DNA from: Pirellulales bacterium
Lineage (GTDB): Bacteria > Planctomycetota > Planctomycetia > Pirellulales > UBA1268
Length of the DNA stretch: 44,254 nt
Assembly (NCBI GenBank): GCA_040397565.1
Contig: JBBAVU010000004.1
Location: forward strand, 1 to 44,254
Direction: 5' to 3'
The notes beneath the pieces are model-generated. The model was not told the origin of the DNA, did not search any database, and saw only the letters and a list, made by a program, of their open reading frames with translations. The position numbers and the translations under genes were made by a program. Shown here one piece after another: positions 1 to 10,000 of this stretch; within the stretch, counting starts at the first letter, position 1, and each line of letters begins with the position of its first letter.

Positions 1-1145
1 ACCACGACTTCGAGGTGAAGCCCAACGGCAACGTGCTCATGATCACGTGGGAGCGGAAGACCTATGAGCAGGCCGTGCAGGCGGGGCGACGCCCGGATGA
101 CGTGCCCGTCGCACCGGGCACGAACGGCATACGCGAACTCTGGCCCGACAGCATCATCGAGGTGAAGCCGAATTCGCCAGCCCCAGGCCACACCTACGCC
201 GAGGGGGGCGAGATCGTGTGGCGGTGGAACCTGTGGGACCACCTTGTCCAGAACGTCAACCCGCAGAAGGACAACTTCGGCAACGTCGCCCGCAGTCCCC
301 ACAGGATCGACGTCAACTACTACATGAAGGGGACCGGCATGGGCGGCGTCCCGGCCGACTGGACCCACTTCAACTCGATCGACTACAGCCCGGAGCGGCA
401 GCAGATCATCGTGTCGAGCCGCGAGTTCTGCGAGTTCTGGATCATCGACCAGAGCACGACGACCGAGGAAGCCAGGGGCAGCGTGGGAGGGCTGAGCGGC
501 AAAGGGGGCGACATTCTCTACCGCTGGGGCAATCCCGCCGCCTACGGCCGCGGAAACTGGCGGAATCAGCAACTGCACTATCAGCACGACCCGCAGTGGA
601 TCGAGCCGGGGCTGCCGGGAGCCGGCAACATCCTGGTGTTCGACAACGGCTGGAGTTCAACTCCACGGCGATCCAGTTTTTCCAGGGTTTTGGAGGTCGC
701 GCTGCCGTACGATGGAAACGGTGGATACACCTCCCCGACGGCCCGCGGTGCGATCGTCTGGCGGTACACGGCCAATCCGCCGAAACAGTTCTTCGCCCGT
801 ATCATCTCCGGTGCGCAGCGGCTGCCCAACGGCAACACGCTGATCAACGAGGGTACCGAGGGCCGCTTCTTCGAGGTCACGAATCAGAAACGCATCGTGT
901 GGGAGTACGTGAACCCGGTCGTCGGACCGGGGCCCTCCGCCATCCTGCGGCAGGGCGAGCGGCCGGCTGTCAACGAGCAGATCAGAGGGCTGAAGATCCC
1001 GGGCGTGTACATGAACCTCGTCTTCCGGGCGTATCGCTACGGCCGGGCATTCTCAGGCTTCGTCGGCCGGGATCTCACTCCAAGCGGACCGATTGAACTG
1101 CCGACCGCCACTGCGAGTGCCTTCGCCGGCCTCGGCAGGAGATGA
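1..1145 (+). CDS. Arylsulfotransferase (ASST)-family beta-propeller protein, 5'-truncated by window edge
   Basis: The reading frame is open to the window start: frame 3 reads ..HDFEVKPNGNVLMI.. ahead of the listed start at 15. Strings HFNSIDY, FWIIDQS, GGDILYRWGNP and NILVFDNG match my recollection of the ASST/arylsulfotransferase_2 family. Stop TGA at 1143-1145. Confidence 0.55.
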   Translation, partial: HDFEVKPNGNVLMITWERKTYEQAVQAGRRPDDVPVAPGTNGIRELWPDSIIEVKPNSPAPGHTYAEGGEIVWRWNLWDHLVQNVNPQKDNFGNVARSPHRIDVNYYMKGTGMGGVPADWTHFNSIDYSPERQQIIVSSREFCEFWIIDQSTTTEEARGSVGGLSGKGGDILYRWGNPAAYGRGNWRNQQLHYQHDPQWIEPGLPGAGNILVFDNGWSSTPRRSSFSRVLEVALPYDGNGGYTSPTARGAIVWRYTANPPKQFFARIISGAQRLPNGNTLINEGTEGRFFEVTNQKRIVWEYVNPVVGPGPSAILRQGERPAVNEQIRGLKIPGVYMNLVFRAYRYGRAFSGFVGRDLTPSGPIELPTATASAFAGLGRR

Positions 1146-2633
1146 TCCGACGAGCTTCTCGAGGGCATCGCGTGCCACCGCGGCCGCCGGTTCCACGACG
1201 AGCCGGCCCTCGGCGGCCACCGCGGCGACGGTCGCCCGGCCGGTGAGCAACTCGGCAAGCGTGTCCGCGGCGACCCAGGCGGTCGGAGTGGCCCGCGCGG
1301 GCAGGCCCACGTGCAGGGATGCCGGGCGACCGGCCTCGAGGCCGATCGTCCACTGGCCACCACCCGCCCCGATCGCCGCCAGGCCGACGCCGGCAGACGG
1401 CGGAGCCGACCACCGTGCCTCGCCGAGGCGACGCTCGAGGACCGCGCGGCCCGAGCCGGCGCAGGCCGTCCGGCCCGGCGGAGGCCAGCGAAAATCGTTC
1501 GCGATCGCGAACCGACAAAGTCGCCCAAGCGCCGGCTCGTCGAGCGGCGGTGCGGGCAGGTCGGGCACGGCGTGCCGCGTGTTCGTCGCGTCGAACACCG
1601 GGTCGTCGCTCCAGTAGGCCCGGTAGACGTCCATCTGGTCGCGAAACAGCCGGCCGAGCATCTCCGGCCCGAGCCGGAGGAAGGCCTCGGCACGCTGCGC
1701 TGCGGCCCCGTCGGCCGGTCGGCACCGGCGCACCGCAGCCATCTCGCCGACCAGGCCCTCGAACACCCGGCAGAGCGTGGCGACGTCGGTCGGCGTGTCG
1801 CTCGTGAGGTGGTACGTGCGGCCGTGAAGCGACTCGTCGCACATGATTCTCGTCATCACGGCCGACACCCAGTCGACCGGCACAAGGTTCTTCCGCTCGC
1901 TCCCGTCCAGGCCGAGCACGTCGAGGAACGATCCCGGCTCCAACGCGGCCGCGAGGAACGACTCCGCGAAGGGCGCCACGATTCGCAGCGGCTTGTAGAA
2001 GCCGTGGAAGGTGTTCGTGAAGCCGTGCACGAGGTCGCCGACGATGATGCTCGGGCGGAACACGGTGCGGCTCTCGATCCACGCCGCGTTCGTCACCTCC
2101 TGCTCCGCGACGATCTTGCTCCGCTCGTAGTCGTTGCCCGGCTCCTGGGCGACGTCGAGCTCCCGTTCGAGGATCGTCCCGCGGCGGCGGCCGCAGACGT
2201 AGGCGGTGGAGACGTGGTGGAGCCGGCGGATCCCGGCGGTTCGGCAGAGGCCGAGCAGGTTTCGCGTGCCGCCGACGTTGCTGGTGTAGGGTTCCCCGTC
2301 GGCCGCCCGCCGCTGGAACGAGAGGCTTGCGGCCGCGTGAACGACTTCGTTCACGTGGCGGCAGACCCACGCCAGCTGATCGTCCGTGAGACCCAGGCCG
2401 TCGGCGACCAGGTCGCCCTCGAGTACGACCGGGCACGGCACCGACGCGCCGGCCACCTGCCACCAGTCGCCGAGCAATTCGTCGACGCGGTCGGCCGCCG
2501 ACGTCGATGCCGATCGACGAACCACGACCGCCAGACGTCGGCCCGCCGCCGCCAGGTCGCGCACGAGCGCGCGTCCAAGCAGGCCGGTCGCGCCGGTGAG
2601 CAGCGTATACGAGTCGGTGGATGATCTCGCCAT
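1053..2633 (-). CDS. Thioester-reductase / fatty-acyl reductase type SDR (R-domain-like) fused to a C-terminal SCP2-like lipid-binding domain
   Basis: Rossmann motif LLTGATGLLG, then HAAA, NVGGT, STAYV and catalytic YERSK (Y-x3-K), as in terminal reductase / NAD_binding_4 enzymes. The last ~110 aa (GQWTIGLEAG...LTGRATVAAVAAEGRLVVEP) look SCP2-like. ATG at 2631-2633 lies 18 nt downstream of the preceding stop; the ORF-track start at 2648 is a TTG. This is the last gene of the PKS operon. Confidence 0.75.
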   Translation of the reverse strand: MARSSTDSYTLLTGATGLLGRALVRDLAAAGRRLAVVVRRSASTSAADRVDELLGDWWQVAGASVPCPVVLEGDLVADGLGLTDDQLAWVCRHVNEVVHAAASLSFQRRAADGEPYTSNVGGTRNLLGLCRTAGIRRLHHVSTAYVCGRRRGTILERELDVAQEPGNDYERSKIVAEQEVTNAAWIESRTVFRPSIIVGDLVHGFTNTFHGFYKPLRIVAPFAESFLAAALEPGSFLDVLGLDGSERKNLVPVDWVSAVMTRIMCDESLHGRTYHLTSDTPTDVATLCRVFEGLVGEMAAVRRCRPADGAAAQRAEAFLRLGPEMLGRLFRDQMDVYRAYWSDDPVFDATNTRHAVPDLPAPPLDEPALGRLCRFAIANDFRWPPPGRTACAGSGRAVLERRLGEARWSAPPSAGVGLAAIGAGGGQWTIGLEAGRPASLHVGLPARATPTAWVAADTLAELLTGRATVAAVAAEGRLVVEPAAAVARDALEKLVGSSPAEAGEGTRSGGRQFNRSAWSEIPADEA

Positions 2634-2651
2634 GGCGTGCGGGGCCAAAGG

Positions 2652-3416
2652 TCAGAAGTGAATCGACGCCCCGCCGTCGACGACGAGCGTCTGCCCCTGC
2701 ACGAGGTCCGCCAGGGGGCTCGCCAGGAAGAGGACGGCGTCGGCGACGTCGGTCGCCTCGAGCATGCGGTCGCCGGTCATCGTCTTCGATCGCCGGCCGG
2801 CGAACATCTCCGCTGCCCCCGGCAGGCGCCGCGTCGAATCGGTTTCGACGAGGCCGGCCTCGACCACGTTCACGTTCACGCCCCGATCGCCGAGCTCGAG
2901 CGCCCAATGACGCGCAAGCGCCGTGAGGGCCGCCTTCGTGCCGCCGATGAGCCCGTACATCGGGAGAGCCATGTGCGTGCCGTGGCTGGAGAGGACGACC
3001 ACCTTCCCACGGCCCGGCCCGGTCCCCAGCAGCGGCGCCGCCTCCTTGAGCAGGTGTACGAGCGACAGCACGTTGGTGTGCATCGCCGCGTCGAAGTGGA
3101 GCTGCGTCGTCGCGGAGAGCGGACGGAAGCCGCCGGTGGCGGCGTTGTGCACGAGGATGTCGAGCCGGCCGAACTCCCGACGCACGAAGCCGATCATTTC
3201 GGCCACGTCCTCCTCCTCGCCGACATCGGCCCGCACGCACACAGCCCGGCGACCGAGGGCGGTGATCCGCTCCGCGACCGCCTCGGCCTCCGGCAGGCTC
3301 GTCACGAAGTTGACGACGACGTCTGCACCCGCCTCGGCGAGCCGCACCGCGCACGCCCGGCCGATGCCGCGGCTCGAGCCGGTGACGACCGCGACCTTTC
3401 CCGTGAGATCGATCAT
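2652..3416 (-). CDS. FabL-type enoyl-ACP reductase (SDR with Y-x6-K), probable trans-acting ER for the PKS
   Basis: 254 aa starting MIDLTGKVAVVTGSSRGIGRACAVRLAEAG. It is collinear with my memory of B. subtilis FabL ([35 protein letters not shown]..). The catalytic spacing Y154-GLIGGT-K161 (2934-2957) is Y-x6-K, typical of enoyl reductases, not the Y-x3-K of FabG. ATG 3414-3416 overlaps the upstream stop as ATGA. The upstream part of the 397-aa track ORF is Arg/Gly-rich junk. Confidence 0.75.
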   Translation of the reverse strand: MIDLTGKVAVVTGSSRGIGRACAVRLAEAGADVVVNFVTSLPEAEAVAERITALGRRAVCVRADVGEEEDVAEMIGFVRREFGRLDILVHNAATGGFRPLSATTQLHFDAAMHTNVLSLVHLLKEAAPLLGTGPGRGKVVVLSSHGTHMALPMYGLIGGTKAALTALARHWALELGDRGVNVNVVEAGLVETDSTRRLPGAAEMFAGRRSKTMTGDRMLEATDVADAVLFLASPLADLVQGQTLVVDGGASIHF

Positions 3417-4099
3417 GACGGTTCGGATGCTCCTGGTGACGTGCAGGCAATGCGGTCGGTGACGGCCACGGCGACGACGTGGTCCCCCTCCACGATGAAA
3501 CGGCCGGTGCCGTGAACGGCGCGGAAGAAACCGCTCACCCGCCACCGGAAGGCCTGTTCCGAGATCCGTTCGACGGCGACCCGCCGCGGCCGAAACCCCT
3601 CGTCGACCGCGGCCGCCTTGTACGCGGCCTCCTTCGCGGCCCATTCGAGCGGCACGTTCCGCGGGTCGGTCACGGCCGAGAGCCCATCCGACTCCAGAAA
3701 GCGGGCGAGCGGCTCGGGAGACACGGCTGCCGGCGCCACGATGTCGATCCCCACCTGCCCGCCGCGACAGGCTGCGATGGCGACGAGTTCCGTCGGCGCA
3801 CTGCTCGCCGGCCGCCGATGGGTGTGGGAGATGGAGATGCCGCACGCGGCCGGTGCACCTCCGTGCAGCACGACGGGTCGGCCCGAGGGGGGCAGCGCCG
3901 CCACCCGCAGTGATGACGGCGACACCCCGAGCACGTTCGCGGCGAGTCGCTCCGCGAGCCGGCTACCGGCCACCGACGGCGAAAGCCCCGCCGTGCGGGC
4001 GGTCCAGATTTCCACCCGGCGACCGTGCACGTCCACTCGCTGCTTCGTGACCGCAGCAGCCGCAGCGTCGGCGACGAATCGTGGAAGTGGGGCTATCAC
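3413..4099 (-). CDS. 4'-phosphopantetheinyl transferase, Sfp/EntD type
   Basis: QVGIDIV metal-binding motif and the EWAAKEAAYKA (W..KEA..K) signature. GTG at 4097-4099 overlaps the PKS stop codon (4096-4098) as GTGA. Its own stop overlaps the next ATG as ATGA at 3413-3416. Confidence 0.8.
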   Translation of the reverse strand: MIAPLPRFVADAAAAAVTKQRVDVHGRRVEIWTARTAGLSPSVAGSRLAERLAANVLGVSPSSLRVAALPPSGRPVVLHGGAPAACGISISHTHRRPASSAPTELVAIAACRGGQVGIDIVAPAAVSPEPLARFLESDGLSAVTDPRNVPLEWAAKEAAYKAAAVDEGFRPRRVAVERISEQAFRWRVSGFFRAVHGTGRFIVEGDHVVAVAVTDRIACTSPGASEPS

Positions 4100-7000
4100 G
4101 GCGTCTCCTCTGCTGAAACGATCGCGAGATGAAGGCCCTCGACGGCCAGGATCGCCTGCCCGTCCGCGCCCACGACGACGAAGTCGTACAGGCTCTCCGA
4201 CGCCGACTGCGCCTGGAGCAGGAGCCGCATCCGGCACATCTCTCCGGCCACCGGCCGCGCGGCAATTCGCACTCGCTCGATCCGCACCGGAAGCTCCACC
4301 CGCCGACCGCACAGCAGGTAGGAATAGACGGCGCATGCCACGAGACACCCGTCGAGCACTTCCACGGGCACCGTCCATCCGCGCGTGCCGCGTGGGAGAG
4401 CCACTCCCTCTCCGTGCGGCGCCACCAGCCGGCCCCAGCCGCCGCTGCGGTCGAGGGAGAGGTCCTTGAGGCCGCGGAACGACGCCCCGTGCACGAGCGG
4501 CGCGTCGTCCGGGTAGATCATCGGGTTGAAGGGAAACGCCGGCTCACCGACCTCGGCCACGATCCGCTCGCAGGCACCGCCCGGGACCTCGGCCCGGAAG
4601 TGGACCCATTCGACCGTGCGATCGAGACCGGTCAGCGGCCGGGCGTAGCCCTGAACCCGGATGCCACCGTCACCGCGGCTCACCTCCGCCCGCACGATCC
4701 TCGGCTCCTTGTCGGGAAACTCGAGGGGCCGCTCGACGACGAAGTCCCGAATCTCCTCGACTCGCTCGCCCCCGCCGCCCGCCCGCGCGGCCTGGGCCAC
4801 GATCTCGAGCCCCATGACCGCCGGCAGCAACGGCCGGCCGTGCAGGAGGTGCTCCAGGAGAAAGCGATCGCTGACGGGATCGAGGCGGAAGAGCACATCG
4901 ACGGCATCACCACGGTGATCGACCCGGTCCACGAGGCTGCCCGCGTCCGCGACGGTCGCGGCTGTCGTCGCTTTCGGCGGCAGGGCGTCCGGGCACATTG
5001 CCGGCTCGGTGACGAGCACTTCGGCATCCGGCAGCCCTGCCTCGATGTCGTCCACGAATCGACGCACGCCCTCGGCGAGCGGCATGAACTGCAGTCCCAG
5101 CTTCTCGAGGGCCAGTTTGCTCTCGGGACGAGACGCCATGCCGACCTCTCCCCACGCGTGCCAGTGGAAGGTGGCCGCCATGAGGCCGGGCCGCCGTGCC
5201 CGCCAGGCGGCGATGCTCTTGGCGAGCAGGTCGTTGGCCAACGAGTAGTCCGCCTGTCCGAGCCCCCCGAGCCGGCCGCTGGTCGATCCGAACCCGACGA
5301 GGCACTCGAGCGACCGTGGATCCACCACCGCCATCAGATGCTCGAGACCGAGACACTTGGGGCCGAGCGTGGCCTCGTAGCCGGCACGGCTCTTCCGTTC
5401 GAACCGGCAGGCTGCCTCCTGCCCGGCGCCGTGGATGATGCCGCGGATCGGCCCGACCTCAGCGACGACCCGCTCCACGAGTCGCCGGACCTCTCCCGCA
5501 TCGACGAGGTCGCAGGCAAGGTACCTGGCATTCACTCCGGCCTGCACGCACCGTGCCAGCGTCGCCTCGATCTCGATCGACTTCTCGATGCTGCGCCACG
5601 CGTCCCGCGGGTCGTCGCCACGCTCCCGCGCCCGCCGCATCACGTCGGCCATGAGGAGTCGGCGGCCGGCCTCGTCGAGATCGATCCACGCCGGGTCGAT
5701 CGCGACCGGCCGCGTCGACCCGACGAGCACGAGCGACAGGCCGTGTCGCCTGCCGACGGCGACCGCGCACGCCGCCGTCACGCCGCGGGCCCCACCCGTC
5801 ACGAGCCAGACACTGCCGCGGTCGAGCGCCGCGAGGGGGCGTTCTCCGCATCGCAGGGGAGCCTCCCGCGGCACGACCGTCACCCGCCGCACGCCTCCCG
5901 AGGCATCGGCGTCGGCAAGCAGGCCCGTCTCCACGGGTCCCGCTCCATCGAGCATCTCGGCGATGATCGCCGCGGCGGCGGTATTCGAGGGGAGGCCCTT
6001 GCCCGCGTCGACGACCCGCACGTGCAGATCGGGAAACTCCCGGGCGAGGGCCTTGCCGAGCCCCGTCAACCCGCCGCCGTCCGCAGCCGGCACGTGCCCC
6101 GAGAGGCCGAAGTCGCCCCCGAGATCGACCACCGCCGTGAGCGTCGCCCCCGCGAGGCCGTCCGCCGCGAGGCGAACGCCGATCCACCGCTGGCAGGCGA
6201 AATAGGCCGCTGCCAACACCCGCTCCCGCCTCATGGTCCATGGCTCGTGATCGGCGGCCGTCGGACGCACCGGCATCAGGACGAGATGACGAACAGGACC
6301 CGATCGCTCCGCATCGTCAATGGCGGCGACGGCTGCGTGAGCCGTCTCGCTCGAAGCGGTCACGGGCCGCGCTCCCGCCGTGGCCAGTGCGGCAGCCAGT
6401 GACGCTGCGAGTTCGTCGTCGCCGAGCACGAGCACCCGCTCGCCGGCGAGCGACCGCGTTCCCCGTGCAGCCGCGCGATCGACGACCTCGAGCCGATACC
6501 GACGGGTGACCGCTGCCACCGGTTCCTCCGGCGCACAGTGCCGTATCGCCACATCCGCGCCGATCGGCCCATCCCCGCTGATCAAAAGGGGCACGACATC
6601 GCCGAGCCAGTCGGCCGTGAGCGGACCGCCGGAACGGGCCACGGGGCCTTCCTCGCCGATGCCGACGGTGAACCAGACGCACGTGGTCGAGAGGGAAGCC
6701 ATTCTTCGTGCTGCCTCAGGGCTCCTCGCGAGCAGGTCACCAAGCGCCATCTCCGGGGCACGCATCCCGTCGTCCAGAAGCAGGCTCGCAAGCGGCGACG
6801 GTGGCTGTGAGTCCTCGAACGTCGAGCCGAGCGGAACGAGACGGCCGGCCGGATCCACGCAGTGGATTCGGCCGCCGGCAGCGAGGTCGGCGACCACGAG
6901 GCCCTGTGCCGCTTCTCCAGCGGCCTGCAGCTCATCGCCCGCCATCGCGACGGTGCGACAGCGGGTCGCTATCCGCTCGACGAGTCGTGTCATGGCCGAC

Positions 7001-10000
7001 CCGACGACGCCCCCCTGCCGCCCGCGGGACGCCGCGAGCACGGCGATCCCAGCGTCGTTCCATCCCGCCACGGCGCCCTCCATCGCCGGCAGGCCCACGA
7101 CGGCCCCCGAGAGGCCGCCGTTGAACCTACGGGCTACGGGTGTGGCATGGCGACCAAAGCAGACGACCAGGCCACGCGTTCCGGCGGAAGCAGGGCCGGT
7201 GATCGGCGCCACCACCAGGCGTTCCCACGCCGCGTCGGCCGTTGCCGAGATGCGGGTGACCGGATCGAGCACCGCCGTCGCGGCGGCACCGGGAGACGGC
7301 TTCGTGTCCCGATCGGGACCGCGGCCATCACGATCGCGGCCCACCCGTGGCAGCAGGTAATCGAGCAGGTGCCGTAGCGTCGGGAACGCATCGAGCGACA
7401 CGTCGTCATCCGCCGCGAGTCCGTACTTCAGGCCGATCTCCCCCACCATCTGTGCCTTGCGGATGCTGTCGATCCCCAGGTCTGCCTCGAGGTCGGCGTC
7501 GAGTTCCACGATCTCGCGTGGATAGCCCGTCTGCTCCACGACGAAATCGACAAGAAACGTCGCGATCTCCGCGGTCGCTGCGGTCGCCGCCGGATGGTGC
7601 TCATTCCCGCCCGCTCGCCCGTTTCCGTGGCCGTTCCCGAGCGCGGCAGCGGCCCGATTTCGATCGCGTCGTCGCGCGGTGGCGTCGAACACATGCACCC
7701 GCGAAGCCGGTCGCGTGCGGTCGACGCCGGAGGCCGCGGGGGGCGGTGACGGAGGCCGCAGGGCCCCTGCGGCTTCGAGCTGCGCGACGAGCCGCCCGAG
7801 GGTTTCCCGGGAGCATCGTCCGCGCTGGTCGAACTGCACGAACCGAACCCCTTCCTTCCCCTCGAGAACCCGCCGCGTCAGTCCGGTCAGCACACCAGAG
7901 GGACCGACTTCCACGAACGTGCGCACGCCCCGCTCGTAGAGCCGCAGCACCGTGTCGATCCAGCGGACGGTCCGCGTCATCTGGGCGACGAGGCTGTCGC
8001 GAATCGAAGCGGCGCCGCCGAGCACTTCGGCCGAGGTGCTGCCGAAGGTGGGAAGCCGGGGAGGCTCGATCGGCAGCGTGTCGATGACCCCCGCCAGACG
8101 GTCAGCCGCCACGGCCAAGAGCGGCGTGTGAAAGGGGCTCGGCACCGCAAGCCGTTTCGACTTTACCCGCTCTGCCTCGAGCAGTGACTCGAAGGCATCC
8201 ACATCGCGCGACAATCCGCCGACGACGAACTGCTCCGGGGCATTCTCCGCGCAGAGCCAGACCCGGTCGCGGAACTGCCCGAGGGCCTGGTCCACGGTGC
8301 CGCGATCCGCGATGACCGAAAGCATCGCGCCATCCCGTGGGCCATGACGCTCCACCGCGTCGGCGCGGGCCCGCGTCGCCCGCGCAGCCGAGACGAGGCT
8401 CCAGCCGCCAGTGGCGACGAGGGCAGCGTACTCGCCGAAGGAGTGGCTGGCGACGACGTCCGGCTCGAAGCCGAGCCGCTCGAGCGTCCGCCACGCCACG
8501 AGGTCGGCGAGCAACACCGACCACTGCGTGTCCCAGACGCGGAGCCCCAGGCCAGTGGGACCGAAGCCGGAGTGGTCGTGCCAGGCGATGTCCGACAGCG
8601 TGGGCTGGCCGGCCGACCGCGCGGCGGCATCGACGTCGGCGATCGCCGCCGCGCCCTCGGGCAGGCCGGCGAGGTCGCGAAACATGTCGGCGTACTGCGA
8701 CCCTTGGCCGGGAAAAACCGCGGCGACGAGACGCCTGCCGGACGCCGGGACGGCCGCGGGGCCGACGGCGGTCCCGACGGTGGCCCCGGGGGAGGCCGGC
8801 CCGCACGATCGCGGCACGACCGCACCGTTGTCCACCACGACATGACCGGCCAGGGCACCGTACGCGACCGTCACGCCGCCAGCGCGATACCGTGTCTCGC
8901 CGACCGCCGCGATCGGCAGTCGCTCCGTCGCCGCCTCGAGGCCGTGCACCTCGCGACGCCGCGTTGAGAGCGCCGCCGAGCCGGGAAGAAGGCCCTCGTC
9001 GACCGCCCGCGTCAGCATCAGCATTCCTGCCGCCCCTGCCGCGGCACCGACATGGCCGATGAGCCCGTTGATCGCACCGGCGACCGGCGGTGACGCGGTT
9101 TTGCCGTACGCATCACCGATGGCCGCGAGCTGTGCGTCGCACCTGTCGTGCCCGCCGGCCGCGGCGACCGCCACGGCTCCCACCACCTCGGAACCGATGC
9201 CCGCATCCCGATGGGCGTTTTCGATGGCCAGCTTCACGGCGGCCGCCGCCGCGCGGTCGCCACCGAGGCCAACCCCGCGGATGACGCCGCGGACCCGGTC
9301 GCCCGCGGCCCGCGCGTCGGCGAGCCGCTTGAGCACGAACACGACCGCACCCTCCGCCGGCACGTCCCCGCCGGACGACAGGCCGTCGAGCACGCATATC
9401 GGCCGGGGGGCCAGATGCCCGGCCAGCGATCGCCCCTCGTACGACATGAAGTCGAGGCATCGCTCGCCGGCGGCGCACAGGACCGTGTCGCAGTCCCCCC
9501 GCCGCAGCATGTCGACCGCCGCGGACACCGCCGTCACGCTCGAGCAGTCGCCGGCGTCGATCGCGACCGCCCCCCCCATGAGATCGAAGGTCTTCGTGAG
9601 CCGACTGGCGAGCGTGCTGCTCGTGAAGCTTCCCGTCTCGTCGACGACCGCCGGCATCCGCTCGATGAGCGCCGTTTCAAACGCAGCGACGATCTGCTCC
9701 CGGTCCGCCAGACAGACGCCACGCCGATGGAGCGCAGCCGCGAGCAGCCGCACCGTTTCGGGAAGCCGCAGCCCCATCTGAAGCTGGTTCGAGAAGTCGC
9801 CGCCGAACCGCGTGCCCACCACGACCGCCGCGCGGCGGCGGTCGAAAGCCCGAAGTCCACCGGCGTCAGCGACCGCCTCGTCGGCCGCCTCCAGAAGCAT
9901 GAACTGCAGCGGATTGGCGGCGGCGATCTGCTTGGGCGGAACTCGGTGACGCCGCCAGTCGTACGAGAAGCCCCGCACGAAGCCGCCGACGTCCGCCACG

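Noticed and set aside
2646-2648. TTG at 2648 (ORF-track start) as the reductase start codon
   Set aside because: An in-frame ATG five codons downstream (2631-2633) gives the usual short leader before the TGATG Rossmann motif. Neither candidate has a clear RBS, so the choice is uncertain, but ATG is preferred.
1075-3450. 791-aa minus-strand ORF overlapping the reductase and FabL-like genes in another frame
   Set aside because: The composition is extreme in Arg/Gly/Pro with no recognisable motifs. The alternative frames give clean SDR proteins with catalytic motifs. This is a high-GC artefact.
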